From: Welwitschia mirabilis | Lineage: Eukaryota | DNA length: 62,379 nt | Direction of reading: 5' to 3' | Assembly (NCBI GenBank): GCA_051453625.1 | Contig: JBOZIK010000001.1 | Span: 19,671,376-19,733,754, forward strand | Shown here: piece after piece, positions 54,535-62,379 of the stretch | How the letters are laid out: the number at the start of each line of letters is the position of its first letter | Position numbering within the stretch: the first letter of the stretch is position 1 | Made by a program: the position numbers and the translations under genes | Notes under the pieces: model-generated | What the model saw: only the letters and a program-made list of their open reading frames with translations | Database searches by the model: none | What the model was told of the DNA's origin: nothing

Positions 54535-55744
54535 TCCATGATAGTAATTTGATATAAACTTTTATAAACATTCAAAACACTCATTAAGTATAGGATTGAG
54601 AAGCTTTCGCTAAGATTATAAAAACAATGCAACTAAAAAATTCATATAGCTATTAATACATCATCATAACCAAAGATAAAATATTCGTAAGTGATAAATG
54701 AACTTTAAACATCTTTTGTTGTATGATACTTGAATGGTATAAATGACTGTCATAATGTAAAAATATAAAAATAAGTAATTTGGCTGAAAGGCCATTCCCA
54801 ACCACTGATATGTTCGGGACATCGTTACACCTAATTTTTAAATATTTTTCAAAATAGGTTTTTACCTTAAAATTAGAATTTTAGTTAAACATTAAATAAA
54901 TAAGTTATGAAACGATAAACTTAATTATTTTTGAAACAATAAATGTAATTAATTTTAAAACGGCAAAGCTAATCTAAAATGGGAAACATAATAAATTTTG
55001 AAACAACAAATGTAATAAGTTTTGAAACACTCAACCTAATAAATTTTGAAACGGTGAACCTAATAACTTTCAAACTATAAACTTAATTTAATAGGGCCAT
55101 ATTTACCCTATAAAAAGGCCTAGACAAATGCACAAATCAAAACGCAATCAAAATGCTCTAAAAAAATCACTAATCAAAAACGAAATCAAAATGCTCTAAA
55201 GAAATCACTTGATGGTGAATGAAGCTTCTCCAAAGCTGCAATACTCAGGTACAAGAAGATTTATAGATTACTTTGTATTTTTCTTTCTTAAATGTGGATT
55301 TCAGAGTTCCATTCATACCTATTTGCTTTCTCATTTATATAACCAAAGGCTTTAACATTTTTTTTACCATTTGCATCACTAAGGATATGAAGTGCATTCT
55401 TCATGCTCGAAATTATCCTAAGGTAGCACAAACGCGCCTTTCAAACAGAAAGATTTTAGCGCTTTTCTTTCAAAATAAACAAATGGTAAAAAGAACTAAA
55501 AATGCAGTGAGATAAAAATTCAGAATGGAGAGAAGCGCTCTGCTTCCAACATTAGATAATAGGATCGGTGTTTTTACCCGAAAAATAATACGAATTAAAT
55601 AATAGGATCTTTGTTCAAGCGGCGGAGTGAAAAATAACATCAGANNNNNNNNNNNNNNNNNNNNNNNNNNNNNNNNNNNNNNNNNNNNNNNNNNNNNNNN
55701 NNNNNNNNNNNNNNNNNNNNNNNNNNNNNNNNNNNNNNNNNNNN

Positions 55745-56272
55745 ACTCGTTCAAATCGGTTGATTGAAAAGAAACATTGCATGGTGTTAACCTTTGGCCT
55801 TTTGAAAACTCAGAAGCTGCAAGTCTGCCTTTCGGTGGAATAAGATGTTGTTTCTTTGGGAGGCAGATCGGATTTTCTCCACCATATGTTTTTAAGGCAG
55901 TGCTGAACTCATTTGGTGAAGCTAAAAAGGAAATTTCCCTTCTCTTTTCAACATTGTAATTAGCATTATCACAATGGGCACCAAAGCTTTCTGGAGTAGC
56001 AGTCATGATATTAAGTGGGGTGGTGTGGGTTCCATCAAACAAAAACACAGCAAATTGCGTAGTGCTATTACTGCTGTTAACCCTTTGCTGTTGTTGTGCT
56101 CTACACCAATCATTTTTTATTTGTAAATATAATTTGAATAGGCATTATTACCTCTGACTCAATTTGACACTGGTCCATCTATGTGTCTATGAGATAGGAA
56201 ACTTAGTATTTTTGTTTCTCTGTATCCTCGGATTCAAAGTCCTTTGACAAAATGGATTAAGACTTGGCGCTT
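55745..56272 (-). pseudogene. Orphan gene fragment, putative exons 56272-56152 and 56100 to <=55745
   Basis: An acceptor (TGTAG) at 56101-56105 precedes an open frame of ~118 codons to the gap (AQQQQRVNSSNSTTQFAVFLFDGTHTTPLNIM...). The upstream AG...GT block is phase-compatible but has one TAG, and the intron is only 51 nt. No recognised family. Confidence 0.35.
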
Positions 56273-58299
56273 CTAAAGGTTAAGGTAAGTTTGAGCAAAA
56301 TTGATCATTTACTAGGGTTGGAGCTTGAAATCCAGTTTAAAATGGTTTTTTTATGTGATTCTTCCTTATTGCTTCGCTGGGTACTTCATTAGTAGAATCG
56401 TCATGCCCTTGTTTGTATAAGCAAGAGCGTATTTGGATTGGCGATTGCACGGGTAGCAATTCAAGTGAGATTCGAGACGTTAAGGATGTCGCCAAACATT
56501 GTCTAAACAATATAAGAATTATGATGCCGCCAAACATTGGGAAAAGACACATGCCCTTCCAGCTGTTGCTATAACAAAAGCCAAATATTACGTCTTCTCT
56601 AAAAGAAATATTAAAAATATGTTATAAAATTAGGAGCTAATAAATTCCCAAAGAATCAAGGGGATATAGGTGTTCTCTAAAAAATAAAAACTTTAAATAT
56701 TAGGTGTTCTCTAAAAACAAAAGCCAAATATTAGGTCTAAAAATAAAATTAAAAACTTTAATTATTTTAACAAAATATAAATTATTAATTTACAAAATGA
56801 ATTGAACAAACTCATAAATTTATCTTTGTTGTTTCAAATCTGTTTGGATTTTAAGATTTAATCTTACTTACATAGTATATGAAAATTCTTTAAGCCATTG
56901 AGTCTGTTATGGAATCAGTTTCATTTGAATATGGTTTCCTTAACACTTTCTAAAATCAAGTACTTGGTTAAATTAGATTTTGTAGATTGCATTATCTTAT
57001 TAATTAAAATTTCTTTTTTATATTAAGTTTTCATAAATTTGGTTTTTTAAAATTTAGGTTCTTAATAATATTAACTTTTTAAGATTATGTTGTTTTTAAA
57101 TAAATGTTTCTTAATTGAGTCTATTTGTTTAAAAAGTTAGTTTCTTAGGTAAAGTTTATTATTATGTATATTGTTATTTTATTTTAGGTAAAAAAAACGT
57201 ATTCAATAAAAATAATTTTCTAATTTAAAAACACATAATTCTAAATAGAAAGCCTAACAAAATGGGTCCACATTCACCTTATATAAGTGGGCCATATTCT
57301 AAAATAAGGTGTTCTTAAATTAAGATTTTCTTATTTTAAATACATGTATACGTTACATTTTTTAGGTTTTTTGTTTTTTAAGAATAAGTTTATTTTCTAA
57401 ATTTAGGTCTTTTTTATTTACATTAAGTTTTTTCAATTAGTTTGTTTCTTTTTTTAATCAAGCATTTACACATTAAGTTCTTCATAAACTTATTTTTTTA
57501 CAAATTAAGTTTTGTTGACTTAAAAATATTTTTAAACTATTACTTTAAAATCATGTTTTCATAGAAATGAGTTTTTTAATGTAATTTTTTTTTGGCATAG
57601 GTTTTTAAAATTATTTTTTTTTAAAATTTTAAATGTAGTTTATCCTTTCAATTACATTCATTTTCTAAATGTACTTTTACATTCATTTTTTCCCCTTCAC
57701 TATAACGAATACTAAGATTGAACACCAACGAGCCCTAAATCATGAAAGGCAAAGAAGGTATTGTAAGAGGCAAAGACTTTATAGGGAAAGATAAAACTTA
57801 GTAAAATCTTTAAACATATGTAATGATATTAGTGACAACAATAATCTAGAAGGTATGAGATATTTTTGTTTATAGCTTTACTATTTTATGAAGATTAGGT
57901 TTACGAGAAACTTACTTTTTCTTATATGTTTATAAATAACATGAATAATGTAGCTCTTCAACAAAGTACTACTACATCTATTATTACATTAAAACACTTG
58001 ATTAACCATACAATGCAAGAATTAAATCAATAAATTGAAGAAATTTCCACATAAATAACCCACTTAGTATTAGTCAATGAACAGACAGAAGACAATGGTA
58101 TGACATCTACAAGTCACATGTGTAATACACAAAGTTCTTTATCATTGACTCCTAGACAAAAGTATGTAAGGAGACAAAAAAAGATTATGGAGGAGGATGG
58201 TTATCGTAATCAACAATCATGCTTATGGAGAGAATGACGAATAGNNNNNNNNNNTATCAAACTTTGGTGCCCTATCCTCTACAAGAAGTCTTAACTAAA

Positions 58300-59863
58300 C
58301 AATAAAACAACCTCTATATCCTATCTTACATAAGTCTAATAATGATATATCTAAAGGAATTGAGACATTTTGGAAAGAAATATGAGTCTTTGCACAACCA
58401 ATATCATGCACAGTTTGTAATGAGATCTATCAATCTATAGATCTGATACAAGGTAGACATGATCCTACTTGTAGACAGTGTTAATATAAGGAAAGAAAAG
58501 GAATCACAGCTGATGATGAATAAATTAGACATTTCTCTGCTCAGAATGATATGGATCTAGGACCTTAAACATTTGTTTTATCCCATCTTACACATGTTAA
58601 AGTGATGCTTATTTCAATGATAAATCCATTACTTCAAGTTACACATGAAACTAATGATCAACTGGTATATTGAGGGCACACAATAAGCTTTCCATAAGAT
58701 GTATTACATATTGCAATAGTTTTACCCTTTAGGATTACACAAATACCAATCCTTATTCCAAAGAGAAGGGATTAAATTGGCACATAATATAATTTTATTA
58801 TAAATAAAAAATTAGTTTATTATCTTTATGCTTTAAGAAGGAAAATGATCCTTTCTACCAAGATGTTGAGATAGACATGCATGCTTTAGATGATATCAAC
58901 AATGATGAAGATGTTAATGTCTTTCATATGCTTCGAGACATTATTCTTAGTGAAGAGGAAGGTGAAGTGAAGCTACATTTTAATGGTCTAATTCTAGAAA
59001 GAGAAGATTCTAACATTTTTTAGCACACATCCTAAGTTGTCACTCGATGCCCTCGACTTGAAAGAGAACTTGATGCTATAAACAATTGTCTACAAAACTC
59101 ATATAATGATTTCTTCACATGTGTGCATACAATGATTTCTTCACATGTGTGCAATGGCTATTATTAGGAGAGTTGTCAATCAATGAGTTTAACACTGGAG
59201 GTATGTTATAATATCATTTTCATAATTTTTTCCTATAGGTAAGTATGATATTCTTGCATGGAGATCAAAGGAGGTAAAGCTACATTAGTAGGCAAAACAT
59301 CTGCTAAGATATAAAGATGGAAGATTTGGTCAACATCCAAGATTTCAATAAGTATTTTACCATTCATTTTATTCTTTGGTTAATTTAATGGATCAAATTT
59401 AAAACCATTTAAAATTTATTTTCCATTATAAGTACTATATTTTTAATATGATTATGAGATATAAGACACTAAGATCTACAATAGTGTTTTTCAAAAAGAA
59501 CATAGTTGATGCTTCAATCACAATAGAGGAATTACGTGAATAGATAAATAATTATTCGTTAACAAAAATAATAAATAACTTAATAAGATATGGAAGCTCT
59601 GTAAGAGGCACACCTTCTTACTAGAAAAAAAGCAAATGTGAGTTACTAGATATGGTTACCTAGCTTGGAACTCCTACTATATTCTTTACTTTAAGTGCTA
59701 TAGATTTATATTAGTCTGATCTACATGATATCATGTCTAGTGAACAACCATAGCATCCATCAAAAGCTAGATGATGGCGATTACAAAATATCATTGAGAA
59801 CCCACACATTGCCTCAGAGTACATGTACAACTATCATAAAAAATTTAGAGAGGCAAGTCTAAT
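58300..59863 (+). pseudogene. Helitron Rep N-terminal part, copy 1 (DUF6570-like plus Helitron_like_N)
   Basis: CTVCNE...CRQC, NDMDLGP, LTHVKVMLISMINPLLQV, GHTISFP*DV, FGQHPRF, and LGTPTIFFTLSAIDLY*SDLH. Confidence 0.8.
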
Positions 59864-59963
59864 NNNNNNNNNNNNNNNNNNNNNNNNNNNNNNNNNNNNN
59901 NNNNNNNNNNNNNNNNNNNNNNNNNNNNNNNNNNNNNNNNNNNNNNNNNNNNNNNNNNNNNNN

Positions 59964-62379
59964 TCATGCACAATTTGTAATGAGATGTATCAGTCTATAG
60001 AGTTGGTATAAGGTATACATGGCCCTACCTATAGACGGTGTCAGAATCCATTGCTTCAAGTTACACATGCAACTAGTAGTCAATTGGTATATTGAGGGCA
60101 CATAATAAGCTTTTCATAAGATGTGTCACATATTGTTAAGATTTTGTCTCATAAGATTACACAAATACTAATTCTTATTTTAAACAAAAGAGATCAAATC
60201 AGCACAAAATATAATTTTATTATAAATAAGATGCGAGTGTATCATGCCTTATGCTTTAAGAAGGAGAATGATCCTTTCTATCAAGGTGTTAACATAGATA
60301 TGCATGCCTAGTGATGATAAAGATGTTAATGTCTTTCATATGCTTCGAGACATTACTCTTAGTGAAGAGGAAGTAGAAAGAATTGGCTACAAAACTCATA
60401 CAACAAGCGCTCCACAAGTGCTCAATGTCCATTACTGCGAGAGTCGTCAATCAATTAGTTTAACACTAGAGGTATGTTATCGATGTCCCTTCCATCATTT
60501 TTTTCAAATAAGTGAGTGTAATATTCTCTTACAGAGAGCTAAGGATGATAAGTTACATGAGTTTATCAATCATCTTTTAAGATATAAAGATGAAAGATTT
60601 GATCATCATCCAAGATTTTGGTAAGTACTTCCTTATTTGGTTTATTCTTTAATGAATCAAATGGATCAAATTTTTAACCCTTCAAAAATTATTTTCCATT
60701 TCAAGTACTACATTTTCAACATGATTATAAGACACAAGGCACTATGGTCTACAACAGTGTTTTTCAAAAAGAACATAGCCAATGTGTCAATTACAATAAA
60801 TGAATTATATGAACAAATGAACAATTGTCCATCAACAGAAATAATAGACAACTTAATGAGATATGGAAGCTCTCTAAGAAGCACATCTTATTGTTGGAAA
60901 AAAAGCAAATGTGAACTACCAAATATGGTTACCCATCTTGAAACTCCTACTATATTCTTCACTTTAATTTCTGTAGATTTATATTGGCCTAATCTACATG
61001 ATATCATGCCCAGTGAACAACCACAGTATCCATTGGAAGCCAGACCATGGCGATTACAGAACATCATTGAGAATTCACACATTATCTCAGAGTACATGTA
61101 TAACTATCATAAAAAAATTATAGAGATAATTCTAATCAAGGAATTTAATGTTGTAGACTACTGGACATGATTTGAGTGGCAACCTAGAGGTTCTTCCCAT
61201 GTACATGGATTTCGATGGAGAAAAGGAGCTTCAAACATGAAATAATGTAACTGGATTGATGATACAATAGTGACAAAAGCTAAGACACTTTTTGATTCCA
61301 TCGTACATGCATGGAATGATAGATTTGATGAGTGTCGTAGACCTAATGTTGCGAGTAAAAGTTGTATCTTCTTTATCACATATTTAGTTAATTATACTAT
61401 TTTAGTTTTTATAACGATTTTCACTTTTATAGGCCTTAAGAAGAAACATGATCGTCATCTATGTTAATTACGAAAAGAGGATCTTGAACATATGTAACTA
61501 GAGCAAGATTACACAGCTTTATTAAACAGTGTTCAAAAACATATAGTTTGTCATCTTGAAGCATGTTTGAGAAAACAAAATGAACAAATTTGTAGGTATT
61601 CACATACTACTACTCTTTTAACACAATATCTTCAAAATATAAATACTAATGCTTATTGATTCATGCAGATATAATATCCTGTGAGATTTGAATCCTTACA
61701 ATTCTAGGTTGTATATAGATGAAAATAATGAGAAAAAGTATGAGCCAAGAAGAAATGATGATAGGTTAAATGTTCATAATATAATAATTTTACAAACATG
61801 GCAAGAAAATATAGACTTCCAACTTGTCCTTGATAAATATGTTATTATACAGTATACTACAAAGTATGCTTTAAAGTTAGAAAAGAAATCAAAGTCATAT
61901 TTTGACATGTTAATGAAGCAATCACAGGATAGATACCCAGTGAACCTGCCATTTCAACTTACAAGAGACTAATGATGGATACTGAAGCAGATTGTGATAT
62001 TGGAGCTATAGAAACATGCCACATGTTACAGGGAATTCCCTTGGTTAACAGTAGCAGGGTATTTGTACCACTTAATGTATCTAAGGAGGAATATAAAAAA
62101 GTCAGACAAAAGATGAAGAACATGTGTATACCACATTGGTAGACTAGTTTCCAAATAGACCACTACATTTGGAAGGCATGTCATTATTTAATTGTACAAA
62201 ATATTTTATATTCAATTCAATGAAAATAGGAGATAAGGCCTTGCATCTTAGAAAAGAACATGCAATTGTCAAAGCTATTCCTAGATTTCCTATGCGACCT
62301 AACAGAGATGATGGCAAATGAATGGCTTATTGTTGAGCTTAGTTACTTCTTCATTGTCCATTTAAAGATATCAAATGTG
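59964..62379 (+). pseudogene. Helitron Rep (HUH/Y2 endonuclease), copy 2, with spliceosomal introns
   Basis: Motif 1 PTIFFTLISVDLYWPNLH. Motif 2 FEWQPRGSSHVHG (61171-61209). DYTALLNSVQKH..C...CLRK...CR. Motif 3 NIDFQLVLDKYVIIQYTTKYALK. DIGA.ETCHML.GIPL. Introns at ~60621-60704, 61355-61432 and 61596-61668. Confidence 0.88.

Larger units (their letters stand above)
54779..62379 (+). mobile_element. Helitron2/Helentron-type rolling-circle element (5' boundary tentative, runs off window)
   Basis: Candidate 5' hairpin TGGCT-GAAA-GGCCA at 54781-54794 after a T run, AT-rich subterminal motifs, and Rep pseudogenes from ~58300 onward. Confidence 0.5.

Overview
This is a very AT-rich plant (eukaryotic) intergenic or heterochromatic window with about 20 assembly gaps, made almost entirely of decayed, nested transposable elements. 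No intact host gene, RNA gene or CRISPR array is visible. From left to right: (1) the 5' end of a short-LTR retroelement on the minus strand (PBS-Met, 1-348) plus a second LTR copy (480-821). (2) A full-length Athila-type Ty3/gypsy element A1 (+, ~1432-27909) carrying two nested insertions: a 3.5-kb gag-only LTR element B (-, 2583-6080, perfect TSD GATTA) inside its 5' LTR, and a pol-less Sirevirus-like Ty1/copia element C (-, 11256-20377) inside its RNase H region. (3) Old LTR and DNA-transposon debris and a probable solo LTR (31743-32959). (4) A long decayed L1-type LINE (+, ~33500-54480) interrupted by a second Athila copy A2 (-, 36309-48276, perfect TSD AGCTC), with a ~3.2-kb diverged tandem duplication. 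(5) A non-canonical Helitron2/Helentron-type element with a candidate 5' hairpin, a CpG-retaining orphan gene fragment, and an intron-containing, duplicated HUH/Y2 Rep pseudogene running off the right edge. Decay of conserved motifs is dominated by C>T/G>A changes, consistent with heavy cytosine methylation. The best candidates for something little described are the spliced Helitron2-type Rep with possible cargo and the two pol-less LTR families. I see no evidence for a fundamentally new non-transposon system. All domain calls come from motif recognition by eye, not database searches, and internal domain boundaries are approximate.
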